Positions 45,122 to 55,307 of a stretch of 64,000 nucleotides of DNA are shown here, one piece after another. Made by a program: the position numbers and the translations under genes. The DNA is from an uncultured Candidatus Saccharibacteria bacterium. GTDB taxonomy: Bacteria; Patescibacteriota; Minisyncoccia; Phycocordibacterales; SBAW01. The stretch covers positions 79,235 to 143,234 of the forward strand of contig CAZTNI010000003.1 of assembly GCA_964615415.1 (NCBI GenBank). The letters are read 5' to 3'. Each line of letters begins with the position of its first letter. The first letter of the stretch is position 1. The notes under the pieces are model-generated. The model had not been told where the DNA came from and searched no databases. It worked only from the letters and a program-made list of their open reading frames with translations.

Positions 45122-45170
45122 TAAAAAGAAAACGCCCCGTCGAAACGAAAGCGTTTCTTAGGGGCGGATT
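45122..45170. terminator. compound hairpin terminator between trmD and the convergent small gene
   Basis: CGCCCC...GGGGCG outer stem enclosing GAAACG-AAA-CGTTTC; A-run on plus side, T-run on minus side. Confidence 0.5.
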
Positions 45171-45175
45171 GCGTA

Positions 45176-45416
45176 CTAGAGATTCATCTTCTTGAGCTTT
45201 TCTTTCAGCTCGGCGGTGTCGGGAATGTTCTCTTCTCCGGCGAGGCGTCGCAGATCCATGTCTACGGCAAACTCCACAGTGTTGAGATGGATAGCCTCAA
45301 GCATTTGAGCTTCCGTTATGGTCTGACCAGCCTTGAGACCCATCTGATCGAGAGTCGCCTGGGTAACAAGAAGGTGGTCGAGACCTTCAACGAAAACAGT
45401 CTTTAAGTCAGTCACT
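45176..45416 (-). CDS. hypothetical small protein (about 80 aa), repeat-promoter gene 1
   Basis: AGGAGG RBS 5 nt before a GTG start; preceded by conserved ~50-bp element copy A; own terminator. Confidence 0.5.
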
Positions 45417-45433
45417 GCTACCTCCTGTTTGAT

Positions 45434-45483
45434 GTCCAACTAGAGCATAAAATGCTAAAAAAGCGGCATTTTGTCAACAAAAG
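45434..45483 (-). promoter_or_regulatory. conserved ~50-bp promoter/operator element, copy A
   Basis: Minus-strand TTGACA -35 hexamer followed by AAAATGC-N10-GCATTTT dyad and conserved GCCTCAGTTGGACA 5'UTR; near-identical copies at 45814-45863 and 46444-46488. Confidence 0.6.
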
Positions 45484-45506
45484 AAAAAGCGCCCGAAGCG
45501 GGCGCT
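45478..45506 (-). terminator. terminator of gene 2
   Basis: AGCGCCCG-CTTC-GGGCGCT hairpin followed by TTTTTCTTTT on the minus strand. Confidence 0.6.
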
Positions 45507-45515
45507 TTAAAATTT

Positions 45516-45794
45516 TCACAGGGCGCCAGCGATGTATGCTTGCTCGATTGCCATGAGGAAGGCAAGTCGCTCTGCTGGTGTGGTGCCAGCAGTTAGCTCC
45601 ACCATGATGTGGTTATTGTCGCGTCCCGATTCTGTAAGAGTGTGTCCAACCATATGTTGCTGAGTAATTTCCCTGAGCTCAGTCTCAGAGGGTAGTCGAG
45701 TCGGCTTATTGTCGACTCTTCCGATCCGCCAGGTAGAGTGGCCTTTTCTTTCTCCTCCATCTCTGGCCCATCGCCTCATTTCAAGTAAATCCAT
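45516..45794 (-). CDS. hypothetical small protein (92 aa), repeat-promoter gene 2
   Basis: AGGAGG RBS 6 nt before ATG (MDLLEMRRW...); preceded by element copy B; own terminator. Confidence 0.5.
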   Translation of the reverse strand: MDLLEMRRWARDGGERKGHSTWRIGRVDNKPTRLPSETELREITQQHMVGHTLTESGRDNNHIMVELTAGTTPAERLAFLMAIEQAYIAGAL

Positions 45795-45813
45795 CGCACT
45801 CCTCCTGTGTGGT

Positions 45814-45863
45814 GTCCAACTGAGGCATAAAATGCTAAAAAAGCGGCATTTTGTCAACAAAAG
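45814..45863 (-). promoter_or_regulatory. conserved ~50-bp promoter/operator element, copy B
   Basis: Near-identical to copy A (49/50). Confidence 0.6.
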
Positions 45864-45888
45864 AAAAAGCGGCGCACTTTGCGCCGCT
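45859..45888 (-). terminator. terminator of gene 3
   Basis: AGCGGCGCA-AAG-TGCGCCGCT hairpin followed by TTTTTCTTTT on the minus strand. Confidence 0.6.
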
Positions 45889-45912
45889 TGTTTTTGTGAT
45901 CGAGGGAGAGAG

Positions 45913-46419
45913 CTAGAGATGCATCCACCCGTGATACGCATGGTGGCCTATTGTGAACGTTCTATCGATTGGCTGAATGGTTTCTTCACCCCAAAATCGA
46001 GAAGGGCCTCCATTGTGGGTATTTATGTAGGAGAGCCCCGCTTCTTCGTCGGTGAAATACTCGGGTCCTCTGAACCCAAAGAATTTCGTGTCGGTGAGAC
46101 CTGCAAGAAGAGCCTTGCGCAGGAAAGGGGTTACTTCCTTGGGGTACGAGCCGAAGTAGGTCATATACATGACCACCTCTTCGTTCCTCCAGGTGCAAAT
46201 GTAGCCGCCCGACATACCAGTCTCTCTGTTGGTCCAGTAGTCGTCGACGAGTACGTGTCCATGCTTTCGGTCTTCTACTCGGAACCTCTTCCATCCTGGC
46301 ATGGTTGTGATGGGGGTTGCCTTGCCTCCACCTGCATAGCTGTTCTCGGAGGTAAGGGCGCGAAAGACGAAGGTAACAAGCGCTAGTGCAGCTGGTGAGG
46401 GATGATTCCCAATAGCCAT
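45913..46419 (-). CDS. hypothetical protein (168 aa), repeat-promoter gene 3; hydrophobic N-terminus, His-rich C-terminus (GHHAYHGWMHL)
   Basis: GAAAGGA RBS before ATG (MAIGNHPS...); preceded by element copy C. Confidence 0.5.
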   Translation of the reverse strand: MAIGNHPSPAALALVTFVFRALTSENSYAGGGKATPITTMPGWKRFRVEDRKHGHVLVDDYWTNRETGMSGGYICTWRNEEVVMYMTYFGSYPKEVTPFLRKALLAGLTDTKFFGFRGPEYFTDEEAGLSYINTHNGGPSRFWGEETIQPIDRTFTIGHHAYHGWMHL

Positions 46420-46443
46420 TGCAAAGATCCTTTCTTCGGTTGT

Positions 46444-46488
46444 GTCCAACTGAGGCATAAAATGCTAAAAAAGTCGCTTTTTGTCAAG
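46444..46488 (-). promoter_or_regulatory. conserved promoter/operator element, copy C (slightly diverged)
   Basis: Shares GTCCAACTGAGGCATAAAATGCTAAAAAAG; the distal half carries an AAAAAG-TCG-CTTTTT dyad and TTGACA. Confidence 0.55.
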
Positions 46489-46526
46489 TTTCGGGGTCAA
46501 AAGGGTACTTTTTCCCTAAGTAGAGC

Positions 46527-46554
46527 TTGACGATAGGGTGAAGGCGAGTATACT
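46527..46554 (+). promoter_or_regulatory. candidate sigma70 promoter of rpoBC with ~270-nt leader
   Basis: TTGACG-16 nt-TATACT. Confidence 0.4.
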
Positions 46555-46820
46555 CAATATTGAAACCAAAAGGCGGGGTACAGAATGAGTTTTGAGGGCT
46601 AAAGGGTTTTCAAACATAGGGGGAATGGGAATCACCTGCAACTGAGTCTAAAACTCGAGTCGGGGAGCTTACGCGCTCCCGCTCTTTTCGTGTTTAGGAC
46701 CTGTGGATAACTCTATTGCGCCTCGTCCGTTTTTCTTTTTCATAAGTTCCGTTCAAAAGTGTTCACGTTTGTGTCCCTCATTAATTACAAGCGTTCGCTC
46801 GTCATAATTAGTAACACCAC

Positions 46821-49800
46821 ATGCGTCAGCAAAAATTCTTCAGCCGCTTCCGTGCACCACGCGTCGAGACTCCCAACCTCGTAGCGGCACAGCTCGATTC
46901 GTACAAATGGCTTCTTGAAGAAGGAGTCAAGGAAACCTTTAAGGAATTCTCTTCTATTAAGGACTACTCGGGGAAAAAGTTTGATCTCGAGTTCGTAAAG
47001 ATGGAATTGGGCGAGCCGAAGTTCGACGAGCACTACGCAAAGGCACAGAAGATGACGCTTGATGCGCCGCTTCGCGCTATTGTCCGCCTCCGCAACAAAG
47101 CAGCAGGTACTGCAAACGAGCAGGAAATTTTCCTTGCTGATTTTCCATTGATGACCGACCACGGTACGTTCGTCATCAACGGTGTTGAGCGCGTTATCGT
47201 GCCACAACTCGCACGCTCATACGGTGTCTTCTTTACTGCTGAGGAAACGAAGGGGAAGCGCCACTTTGGTGCAAAGATCATTCCAGCGCGTGGTGCCTGG
47301 ATTGAAATCGAGGGCGGCAGCGACGACGAGCTTTCTGTCCGCATCGACCGCAAGCGCAAGTTCCCTGCGACATCACTCCTTCGTATTTTGGGCGCACAGT
47401 ACGACTCTGACTTGAAGTCGCTTATGTCGACAACCGCGCATGGTAAGCGCTGGATCGAAGCTGCACTTGAGCGCGACCCTGCAAAAACGCAGGAGGATGC
47501 ATATATAGAGATCCACAAGCGCCTCCGCGACGGCGACATGGCAACGGCTGCAAACGCGCGCGAGTATATCGATTCTATTTTCTCTGAGGAGCGCTACGAC
47601 CTTTCTCGTGTTGGTCGCTTCCGTTTTAATCAGCGCTTCCACAAGTCGCTCGATGAAAAGGAGCTTACCCGCAAGACCCTTTCGTTGGATGACGTCGTTA
47701 CGGTGCTCCAGCATGTCTTGGAGCTCGAAAACAATCCTGACGCGATGGAAGACAACATCGACCACCTTGGCTCACGCCGCGTACGCTACGTTGGCGAAAT
47801 GCTCCAGCAGCGCCTCCGTGTTGGTTTGACCCACATGAAGCGCAATATTCAGGACCGCATGTCGACTATCGATGCTGACGCAACGATGCCGGTCATGTTC
47901 GTAAACCCGCGCCCACTCCAGGCTCGTATTAAAGAATTCTTTACGACGAACCAGCTTTCGCAGTTCATGCAGCAGACTAACGCGCTTGAAGAGCTCGAGC
48001 ACCTTCGCACACTTTCTGCACTCGGTCCGGGTGGTCTTACCCGCGAGCGTGCAGGCTTCGAAGTGCGCGACGTGCACCCGTCGCACTACGGCCGCCTCTG
48101 TCCGATCCATACTCCTGAAGGTCCGAACATCGGTCTTATTCTTCGTCTTTCAACGTTTGCGCGCCTTAACGAATTCGGCATGATCGAAACGCCGTACTCA
48201 AAAGTAGTAAACGGCAAGATCACGAACGAAATCGTCTACCTGAACGCAGCAGAAGAAGAGAAAGAGATTATTGCGCATGCAGGTGTGAAGGTTGCCGATG
48301 ATGGCAAGATCCTCCAAGACACCGTTGAAGTCCGTCTTGCGGGCGCTCCTGCTCGTATTCCTGCAGCAGATGTGAAATACATCGACGTTGCTCCAGAGCA
48401 GCCATTCTCAATCGCTACTTCGATGATCCCATTCCTCGAGCACGACGATGCAAACCGTTCTCTCATGGGTTCGAACATGCAGAAGCAGGCTACCCCATGT
48501 ATCGTTCCTGAAGCGCCGCTCGTTGGTACTGGTGTTGAAGGTCGTGCCGCAAAGGACACGGGCCGCCTCCACCTCGCTAAAGAAGAGGGTATTGTTACTG
48601 CTGCCGATGGCCGTAAGGTTGTTGTTAAAAACGCAAAGGGTAAAGATGTTGAGTATCCGCTCGTAAACTATGTCCGCACCAACGGCTTTACTGCACTCCA
48701 CCAGCGCCCAGCGGTGTCTGTAGGACAGAAAGTGAAGAAGGGTGACCTTCTTGCCGACACCTCGTCATCAGACGGCGGTCAGCTCGCACTCGGTCAAAAC
48801 GTACTCGTTGCGTTTATGTGCTGGTCGGGTGCTAACTACGAAGACGCTATCATTATTTCTGAGCGTCTCGTAAAAGACTCTAAGTTCTCATCTATTCATA
48901 TTGAAGAGTTCGTATGTAACGTCCGCGACACCAAACTTGGTCCGGAGGAAACAACACACGACATCCCGAACGTCTCTGAAGTGAAGCTCCGCAACCTCGA
49001 CGAGGACGGTGTTATCCGTGTTGGTTCAGAAGTACGCCCAGGCGACATCCTTGTTGGTAAAATTACACCAAAGGGTGAGACACAGCTCACGCCTGAAGAG
49101 CGTCTCCTCCGTTCGATCTTCGGCGACAAGGCTCGCGATGTGAAGGACTCGTCACTCCGTGTAGAAAACGGTAAGCGCGGTCGCATCATTGGTGTCAAAG
49201 TATTCTCACGTGAAGCTGGCCACCAGCTCGAGTCAGGCATCATTAAGCGCATTCATATTGAAGTTGCACAGCTCCGCACTGTGTCTGTTGGTGACAAGCT
49301 CGCAGGTCGCCACGGTAACAAGGGTGTTATTTCCCGCATCCTTCCAGAAGAAGACATGCCATACATGGAAGATGGTCGTCCGGTAGATGTGATCCTCACA
49401 CCACTCGGCGTGCCGTCTCGTATGAACCTCGGTCAGATTCTTGAGTTGCACCTTGGTCTTGCGGCAAACACACTCAACTACCAGGCAATCTGTCCTCCAT
49501 TTGCAGGTGCAACCGATACTGAAATCCGCGAGGAATTGAAGAAAGCAGGCTTTGCAGAGTCAGGCAAGATGCCGCTCTACGACGGCCGCACCGGCGAGAA
49601 GTTCGAGCAGGACATCGCAGTGGGGTACATGTACGTCTTGAAGCTCCATCACATGGTGGAAGACAAGATCCACATGCGCTCTATCGGTCCGTACTCGCTT
49701 ATTACGCAGCAGCCACTCGGCGGTAAGGCACAAGGCGGCGGTCAGCGCTTCGGCGAAATGGAAGTGTGGGCACTTTTGGGCTACGGCGCTGCATATACGC

Positions 49801-52800
49801 TCCGCGAAATGCTTACGGTTAAGTCCGACGACATCATGGGCCGCTCGGCTGCATTCGACGCGATTGTTCGCGGCGAGCGCATCTCACACCACTACGCACC
49901 AGCCTCATTTAACGTGCTCCTCCACACGCTCCGCGGTTTGGCACTCGACGTCGAACTTATGAAAGATGGCGAGCCAGTACGCAACGCACGCAAGACTCCT
50001 GGTGCAGAAGCATCAGACTTCGACGCAGTACGTATTCGCCCAGCATCTCCTGAACGCATCCTCGAATGGTCACACGGCGAGGTTACAAAACCTGAGACTA
50101 TTAACTACCGCACCCAGCGTCCGGAGAAGAACTCACTCTTTGACGAGAAGATCTTCGGTCCTGAAAAAGACTACGAATGTTACTGCGGTAAATACCGTGG
50201 CATCCGCTACAAGGGTATTACCTGCGAGAAGTGTGGCGTCGAAATTACACGCGCGATTGTTCGTCGCGAGCGCATGGGCCATGTCGACTTGGCAGTGCCG
50301 GTAGCGCACGTGTGGTTCCTCCGCGCAATTCCGTCGCGCCTTGCTATGGTGCTTGGGATTTCAGGTGGCGACCTCGAGAAGGTAATTTACTTCGCAGGCT
50401 ACATCGTGACTGGTATTCATAAGAACGAGAAGGAGCGCATCGTCTCTGAACTCGAGACCGAGTACAAGACCAAGATGAAGAATCTCCAGGACGAGAAGTC
50501 GAAAGACAAGATCAAAGAGCTCTTCCTCGAAGCTAAGAAAGATATTGAAAGCCTCCGCGTTGGCGTGGTGCTCGACGAGCCTCGCTACCACCGCTACGCA
50601 ATCAAGTACGGTGCAATGTTTGAAGCAGGCATCGGTGCAGAAGCTATCTACAACCTCTGCAAGACGCTCGACCTTAAGGAGATGGAGACCGAAGTTTCGG
50701 AAGCCCTCCAAAACGCAGGTGCTGCAGACCGCGAGAAGTTCGGTAAGCGCCTCTCAGTACTCCGCGGTATGATCCGTGCAAACGTCCGCCCAGAGTGGAT
50801 GTTCCTGACACGCATCCCAGTTATCCCACCAGGTCTTCGCCCAATGGTTGCCTTGGACGGTGGTCGTCATGCAACATCAGACGTTAACGACCTCTACCGC
50901 CGCGTTATCAACCGCAACAACCGTTTGAAGAAACTCCTCGAGATCCACGCGCCAGACGTGATCCTCCGCAACGAGAAGCGCATTCTCCAGGAAGCAGTCG
51001 ACGCTCTTGTCGACAACTCGATCCGTCACGGTGGTGCTGCATACTCTGCAACAACACAGGCTCGTACACGCCCACTCAAGTCGCTTTCAGATAACTTGAA
51101 GGGTAAGCACGGTCTCTTCCGTCAGAACCTTCTTGGTAAGCGTGTGGACTACTCGGGCCGCTCAGTGATCGTTGTTGGTCCTGAACTCAAGTTGAACCAG
51201 TGCGGTCTTCCGAAGCACATGGCACTCGAGCTCTTCCGCCCATTCGTAATCGGCAAATTGCTTGAGAAGGAATTCGCATACAACATCCGCGGCGCAGGTC
51301 GTCTTATCGACGAAGGCGTACCGGAAGTGTGGGCAATTCTCGAAGACATCATTAAAGACAAGTACGTGCTCCTTAACCGCGCACCAACCTTGCACCGCCT
51401 CGGTATCCAGGCCTTCCAGCCGGTTCTCATTGAAGGTAACGCTATCCAGCTCCACCCACTCGTCTGTCCTGCATTCAACGCAGACTTCGACGGTGACCAG
51501 ATGGCCGTACACGTGCCGCTTTCTCCAGAAGCACAGGCAGAAGCACGCGAGATCATGGCAGCTACGAAGAACATCTTGAAGCCAGGCGATGGTAAACCAG
51601 TGGTTGCATCGAAACTCCTCGACATTCTCCTTGGTGTCTACTGGATGACCAAAGAGGTTCCAGGCATGAAGGGCGAGGGTATGTACTTCCAGTCACCAAA
51701 CGCAGCTATTCTTGCGTACGACTACGGTCATGTTGGCTTCCAGGCAAAGATCAAAGTGATGCCGTCTGAAAAAGAGAAGTACGCACAGTTCGGTGGTGCA
51801 CTCTTCGAGACGACTGTTGGTCGCTTGCTCCTCAACACAGTCTTCCCAAGTGACTATCCATTCATCAACAACTCAATCGACAAGAAGGGCCTCGCTCGTC
51901 TCGTTGACGACCTTATTAACCGCTACGGTCTTGATAAGGTTCCGGAAATTCTCGACCGCGTGAAGAACTTCGGCTTCCGCTACGTCACACAATCAGGTAT
52001 CACCTGGTCGCTGGACGACATCCGTATCCCAGCAGAGAAGAACGACATTATTGCGAAGGCACAAAAGAAATCAGACGAAATTATCTCGCATTGGGAGCAG
52101 GGTCTCCTTTCAGAAGAGGAGCGCTACCGCATGAACATCGAGGTATGGCATGCAGCAAAGGCAGAAGTTGAAAAACTTATCCCAACAGCACTTCCAAAAC
52201 ACGGCTCAGTAGAGGACATGCTCCGCTCAGGCGCCCGCGGTTCTCTTGCGCAGATGACCCAGATGGCCGGTATGAAGGGCCTCATCGCATCTCCATCAGG
52301 CGATACGATCGAGCTTCCGGTTACGAAGTCGATGAAGGAAGGTCTCTCTCCGATTGAGTACTTCACCACAACCCACGGTTCTCGCTCAGGTCTTGCATCA
52401 ACCGCACTTTCAACCGCAAAAGCCGGTTACCTTACACGCCGTCTCTTCGACGTTGCACAGGACATTGTGGTAGGTGAGACAGACTGCGGCACAACCGAAG
52501 GACGCACTATTAAGCGCGAGTCAGCATCAGGTATCGGTACCTTCCTTGCACAACACATCCAGGGTCGCTACTTGGCAGCAGATGTCGAAGTAAACGGCAA
52601 AGTAGAGTACAAGAAGGGTCAATTCTTGACCGACGCAGACGCAAAACGCATTGAAGAAGCAGGAGTAGCATCAGTCTACGTACGCTCTCCAATCGCATGT
52701 ACCTCACGCCAGGGTATCTGTGCTATGTGCTACGGCGCAGACCTCGGTACCATGAAGCCAGTTAACCTCGGCGAGGCAGTTGGTACTGTTGCAGCACAGG

Positions 52801-53663
52801 CTATCGGCGAGCCAGGTACGCAGCTCACCATGAACGTGAAGCACGCCGGCGGTGCCGCATCGGCAGCAGGCGACGTAACGCAGGGTCTCCCTCGCGTTGA
52901 AGAAATCTTTGAGCGTCGCACGCCTCGTAACCCAGCACTCGTTGCTTCAGTTTCAGGCGAAGTTGTTGACATTAAGAACGACGCAAAAGAGAAAATTATC
53001 ACTGTTGTGCCAGACATTGAGCACAAAGGTAAGAGTAAGAAGGATACGATCGAATATTCTGTCCATCCACGCCGCGTGCCGCTCGTGAAGATCGGTGACC
53101 GCGTTACGAAGGGCCAGATTATTACCGACGGTTCAGCAGACCTTGCAGAGCTCTTCGAGTATGCAGGTAAAGAGCGCACACAGGAGTACATCATTTCGGA
53201 AATCGTGAAGATTTACGAACTCCAGGGTGCAAACATCTCGACCAAGCACTTGGAAGTTATTGTGCGCCAGATGTTCTCACGTATGCGTGTGACCGACGCG
53301 GGCGCAACCGAGCTTTCAAAGGGCGATGTCTTGAGCGATGTAGAACTTACTATCGCAAACGAGAACCTCGAAGCAGGTACAGAGAAGGCAAAGGGCGAGA
53401 CGCTTGTTATGGGTATTCTCGACGTGTCACTCTCGCGCGCATCGTTCCTCTCGGCAGCATCGTTCCAGAACACAACTCGCATGCTCATCCGTGCATCGAT
53501 CTACGGTTCTGTGGACTACCTCGAGGGACTCAAGGAAAACGTTATCATCGGTCGCCTTATCCCAGCGGGTACCGGCTTCCCAGACTCTCCGAAGTCTAAG
53601 TTGGTTGCAAAGTATGCGCCGACAGAACCAGCTCCAGCTCCTGAACGAGAAGCAGCTCAATAG
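46821..53663 (+). CDS. rpoBC: DNA-directed RNA polymerase beta-beta' fusion (rpoB-rpoC in one 2280-aa ORF)
   Basis: RpoB blocks through ...[13 protein letters not shown], a short linker, then the RpoC N-terminus ([32 protein letters not shown]...CEKCGVE zinc finger, NADFDGDQM catalytic loop) in the same frame with no stop. Confidence 0.9.
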   Translation: MRQQKFFSRFRAPRVETPNLVAAQLDSYKWLLEEGVKETFKEFSSIKDYSGKKFDLEFVKMELGEPKFDEHYAKAQKMTLDAPLRAIVRLRNKAAGTANEQEIFLADFPLMTDHGTFVINGVERVIVPQLARSYGVFFTAEETKGKRHFGAKIIPARGAWIEIEGGSDDELSVRIDRKRKFPATSLLRILGAQYDSDLKSLMSTTAHGKRWIEAALERDPAKTQEDAYIEIHKRLRDGDMATAANAREYIDSIFSEERYDLSRVGRFRFNQRFHKSLDEKELTRKTLSLDDVVTVLQHVLELENNPDAMEDNIDHLGSRRVRYVGEMLQQRLRVGLTHMKRNIQDRMSTIDADATMPVMFVNPRPLQARIKEFFTTNQLSQFMQQTNALEELEHLRTLSALGPGGLTRERAGFEVRDVHPSHYGRLCPIHTPEGPNIGLILRLSTFARLNEFGMIETPYSKVVNGKITNEIVYLNAAEEEKEIIAHAGVKVADDGKILQDTVEVRLAGAPARIPAADVKYIDVAPEQPFSIATSMIPFLEHDDANRSLMGSNMQKQATPCIVPEAPLVGTGVEGRAAKDTGRLHLAKEEGIVTAADGRKVVVKNAKGKDVEYPLVNYVRTNGFTALHQRPAVSVGQKVKKGDLLADTSSSDGGQLALGQNVLVAFMCWSGANYEDAIIISERLVKDSKFSSIHIEEFVCNVRDTKLGPEETTHDIPNVSEVKLRNLDEDGVIRVGSEVRPGDILVGKITPKGETQLTPEERLLRSIFGDKARDVKDSSLRVENGKRGRIIGVKVFSREAGHQLESGIIKRIHIEVAQLRTVSVGDKLAGRHGNKGVISRILPEEDMPYMEDGRPVDVILTPLGVPSRMNLGQILELHLGLAANTLNYQAICPPFAGATDTEIREELKKAGFAESGKMPLYDGRTGEKFEQDIAVGYMYVLKLHHMVEDKIHMRSIGPYSLITQQPLGGKAQGGGQRFGEMEVWALLGYGAAYTLREMLTVKSDDIMGRSAAFDAIVRGERISHHYAPASFNVLLHTLRGLALDVELMKDGEPVRNARKTPGAEASDFDAVRIRPASPERILEWSHGEVTKPETINYRTQRPEKNSLFDEKIFGPEKDYECYCGKYRGIRYKGITCEKCGVEITRAIVRRERMGHVDLAVPVAHVWFLRAIPSRLAMVLGISGGDLEKVIYFAGYIVTGIHKNEKERIVSELETEYKTKMKNLQDEKSKDKIKELFLEAKKDIESLRVGVVLDEPRYHRYAIKYGAMFEAGIGAEAIYNLCKTLDLKEMETEVSEALQNAGAADREKFGKRLSVLRGMIRANVRPEWMFLTRIPVIPPGLRPMVALDGGRHATSDVNDLYRRVINRNNRLKKLLEIHAPDVILRNEKRILQEAVDALVDNSIRHGGAAYSATTQARTRPLKSLSDNLKGKHGLFRQNLLGKRVDYSGRSVIVVGPELKLNQCGLPKHMALELFRPFVIGKLLEKEFAYNIRGAGRLIDEGVPEVWAILEDIIKDKYVLLNRAPTLHRLGIQAFQPVLIEGNAIQLHPLVCPAFNADFDGDQMAVHVPLSPEAQAEAREIMAATKNILKPGDGKPVVASKLLDILLGVYWMTKEVPGMKGEGMYFQSPNAAILAYDYGHVGFQAKIKVMPSEKEKYAQFGGALFETTVGRLLLNTVFPSDYPFINNSIDKKGLARLVDDLINRYGLDKVPEILDRVKNFGFRYVTQSGITWSLDDIRIPAEKNDIIAKAQKKSDEIISHWEQGLLSEEERYRMNIEVWHAAKAEVEKLIPTALPKHGSVEDMLRSGARGSLAQMTQMAGMKGLIASPSGDTIELPVTKSMKEGLSPIEYFTTTHGSRSGLASTALSTAKAGYLTRRLFDVAQDIVVGETDCGTTEGRTIKRESASGIGTFLAQHIQGRYLAADVEVNGKVEYKKGQFLTDADAKRIEEAGVASVYVRSPIACTSRQGICAMCYGADLGTMKPVNLGEAVGTVAAQAIGEPGTQLTMNVKHAGGAASAAGDVTQGLPRVEEIFERRTPRNPALVASVSGEVVDIKNDAKEKIITVVPDIEHKGKSKKDTIEYSVHPRRVPLVKIGDRVTKGQIITDGSADLAELFEYAGKERTQEYIISEIVKIYELQGANISTKHLEVIVRQMFSRMRVTDAGATELSKGDVLSDVELTIANENLEAGTEKAKGETLVMGILDVSLSRASFLSAASFQNTTRMLIRASIYGSVDYLEGLKENVIIGRLIPAGTGFPDSPKSKLVAKYAPTEPAPAPEREAAQ

Positions 53664-53766
53664 AGTTTTCTTCGAAAACTTTATTCACGTCGCTCGCTCG
53701 GAAAAGAAAACAAGCTTTCTTTTCTCTCGCTTCGCTAGTGAATAAAAATATATAGGAAAAGTTAAA

Positions 53767-53802
53767 GGGCGCGGAATAAAATTCCGCGCCCTTTGGCGTT
53801 AG
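53767..53802 (-). terminator. conserved stop plus terminator module, copy 1
   Basis: GGGCGCGGAAT-AAA-ATTCCGCGCCC hairpin with T-rich run on the minus strand; 35/38 identical to 54984-55018. Confidence 0.6.
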
Positions 53803-54062
53803 AGGTAGGAGCGCTTCGCGCCCCTTTCCTGTAGAAGTTCATCGACGAGATCAGTGCCATACTGCTCGTCGAGCAACTTCACTTCTCTTTCCCAGGCGCT
53901 CTGAAAACTGTCCTGGGCGCCCTTGAGAGTGCCGCTGCCGTTTTGCAGTAGGGTACCCAGGACGTATGCACCGCTTGCTCGCAGTGCTTCTGTCCAGACC
54001 CGGTCGAGAGTTTGGGAAAGCCGTATGCGCCTTCCCCCCTCGACTTCTCCCATAATACTCAT
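53799..54062 (-). CDS. hypothetical small protein (87 aa), cassette ORF 1
   Basis: AGGAGG RBS 8 nt upstream; flanked by conserved promoter/5'UTR and terminator modules. Confidence 0.5.
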   Translation of the reverse strand: MSIMGEVEGGRRIRLSQTLDRVWTEALRASGAYVLGTLLQNGSGTLKGAQDSFQSAWEREVKLLDEQYGTDLVDELLQERGAKRSYL

Positions 54063-54097
54063 GGCCTGTTCCTCCTGTGGGTTGGCCGGGTGAACGT

Positions 54098-54142
54098 TCT
54101 AGTTAATTATACACCTAAACGCAGTAAATGTCAAGTATTAAA
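54098..54142 (-). promoter_or_regulatory. conserved consensus sigma70 promoter module, copy 1
   Basis: Minus strand TTGACA-17 nt-TATAAT; ~45 bp conserved with copy 2. Confidence 0.6.
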
Positions 54143-54171
54143 AAACGGCGCCACTGGGGCGCCGTTCGTCG

Positions 54172-54762
54172 TTATTGTGCGGCTGATTTTTTGCCGAAGG
54201 AACCTTCTTGAAACTGGTTCCAAAGAGGCAGCCACTCATCGACATGCACTTCCATAATCACTTCGTCGTGCCATGCTCCTCGGCGGAAGATGTGGCGCTT
54301 CAGTCTGCCGACCTCTTGGTAGCCACACTTGCGGCTGTATGCCTGGCTACGTTCGTTAAATGCGATAACGCGTGACTCAACCTTCACGAGCCCGAGTTCC
54401 AAGAATGCCCACGAAAGGAGGAGCATCTTTGCATCACTCCCCATGCCTTTCCCGCACTGTGCGGCGAGCAACATGCTGCCGGTTACTGCGTTGCGGTTTT
54501 TCCAATCAATATTGTGGAGCCCCATAACCCCGATCGGATTTTTCTCAGGCTTGGCTGCCACAATGAACATCGCATTGTTTTTGTCTTTACTGTTCACCGT
54601 CCGCAGAAATTCTTCCTCGGCACTTCTGGGGACAGGGAAGTATCGTGCAAGATACTGCCGGCTTTCTTCTTCGTTCAAGAGCTGCGTACACAAGTCGGTA
54701 TGTTCAACGCCAGGGACGAGAAGACAAGTTTTAGACTTTTCATGATCAAGAAAGGTAACCAT
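54172..54762 (-). CDS. GNAT family N-acetyltransferase (RimJ/RimL-like)
   Basis: GNAT fold with acetyl-CoA-binding R/Q-x-x-G-x-G/A-like segment (RKCGYQEVGRLKRH); AAGGAG RBS 5 nt before ATG at 54762. Confidence 0.8.
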   Translation of the reverse strand: MVTFLDHEKSKTCLLVPGVEHTDLCTQLLNEEESRQYLARYFPVPRSAEEEFLRTVNSKDKNNAMFIVAAKPEKNPIGVMGLHNIDWKNRNAVTGSMLLAAQCGKGMGSDAKMLLLSWAFLELGLVKVESRVIAFNERSQAYSRKCGYQEVGRLKRHIFRRGAWHDEVIMEVHVDEWLPLWNQFQEGSFGKKSAAQ

Positions 54763-54797
54763 GGTCACTCCTTGTTGAGAAAGAACAGTGAGAGCTG

Positions 54798-54828
54798 AAC
54801 AAAAAACTCCGGCTTTGTTCAGCCGGAG
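54798..54828 (-). terminator. rho-independent terminator at end of leader/sRNA, immediately upstream of the GNAT RBS
   Basis: CTCCGGCTG-AACA-AAGCCGGAG hairpin followed by TTTTTTGTT on the minus strand. Confidence 0.6.
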
Positions 54829-54936
54829 TTGCTCGATAGGAGAGGATCAAACAGCCGCGGCTACACAAAAACAGAAATCGCCTCGCAAAGCGAGTTGACG
54901 ATATCTGTCTTCATCTGTCCGCGATAGTTTCGCATA
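54798..54936 (-). ncRNA. candidate ~140-nt sRNA or terminator-type leader (attenuator/riboswitch-like)
   Basis: Delimited by a TTGACA-17-TATAAG promoter and an intrinsic terminator; three internal hairpins; only a 17-codon ORF inside. Confidence 0.35.
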
Positions 54937-54941
54937 GTTTT

Positions 54942-54970
54942 CTTATATAATATTTTAAAGTATGTGTCAA
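54942..54970 (-). promoter_or_regulatory. sigma70-like promoter
   Basis: Minus strand TTGACA-17 nt-TATAAG. Confidence 0.5.
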
Positions 54971-54983
54971 GAATATATAAAAA

Positions 54984-55018
54984 GGCGCGGAATTTTATTC
55001 CGCGCCCTTTGGCGTTAG
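54984..55018 (-). terminator. conserved stop plus terminator module, copy 2
   Basis: GGCGCGGAAT-TTT-ATTCCGCGCC hairpin with T-run on the minus strand. Confidence 0.6.
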
Positions 55019-55281
55019 CGCCGATCGACGATGATCCGGATTACCTCGGTGGTGATCTCGATCTCGACGACATGGCCAGTCTCGATCTCCGTGGCGCGGA
55101 GATTCTCCTCCTTGCGCCACAGGTTGATGGCGCTCGGACCTGTCTCAACGTCCTCCTTCAGGATGAAGGTGGCGCCGACCGGTAGGTTGGCGAAGTGGAC
55201 CGGTCCTCGCGGAAGCGGTGCGAGAACCGGCGGCGCAGAGTGCCGAGGCTTCATACGAAGACGGGAAGTCGCAGGCATCAT
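55015..55281 (-). CDS. hypothetical small protein (88 aa), cassette ORF 2 (GC-rich)
   Basis: AAGGAG RBS; same promoter/5'UTR/terminator modules as ORF 1 but unrelated sequence; local GC about 60%. Confidence 0.45.
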   Translation of the reverse strand: MMPATSRLRMKPRHSAPPVLAPLPRGPVHFANLPVGATFILKEDVETGPSAINLWRKEENLRATEIETGHVVEIEITTEVIRIIVDRR

Positions 55282-55307
55282 GGCCGAATCTCCTTGGTTG
55301 GCCTATG

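Noticed and set aside
46821-53663. Many 60-160-aa ORFs on both strands inside rpoBC (for example 47033-47539 minus, 51149-51625 minus, 52730-53194 minus)
   Set aside because: All lie entirely within the conserved, continuous RpoB/RpoC reading frame; they are frame-shadow ORFs of a GC-moderate coding region
53680-53740. Possible rpoBC terminator hairpin (GAAAAGAAA/TTTCTTTTC)
   Set aside because: Stem is purely A-T and short; the flanking repeats are mirror rather than inverted; too weak to call
54012-54257. 81-aa plus-strand ORF between cassette ORF 1 and the GNAT gene
   Set aside because: It overlaps the conserved minus-strand promoter module and the GNAT 3' end; its apparent ATG-TCA-AGT start is part of the duplicated promoter sequence also present at the dnaG start
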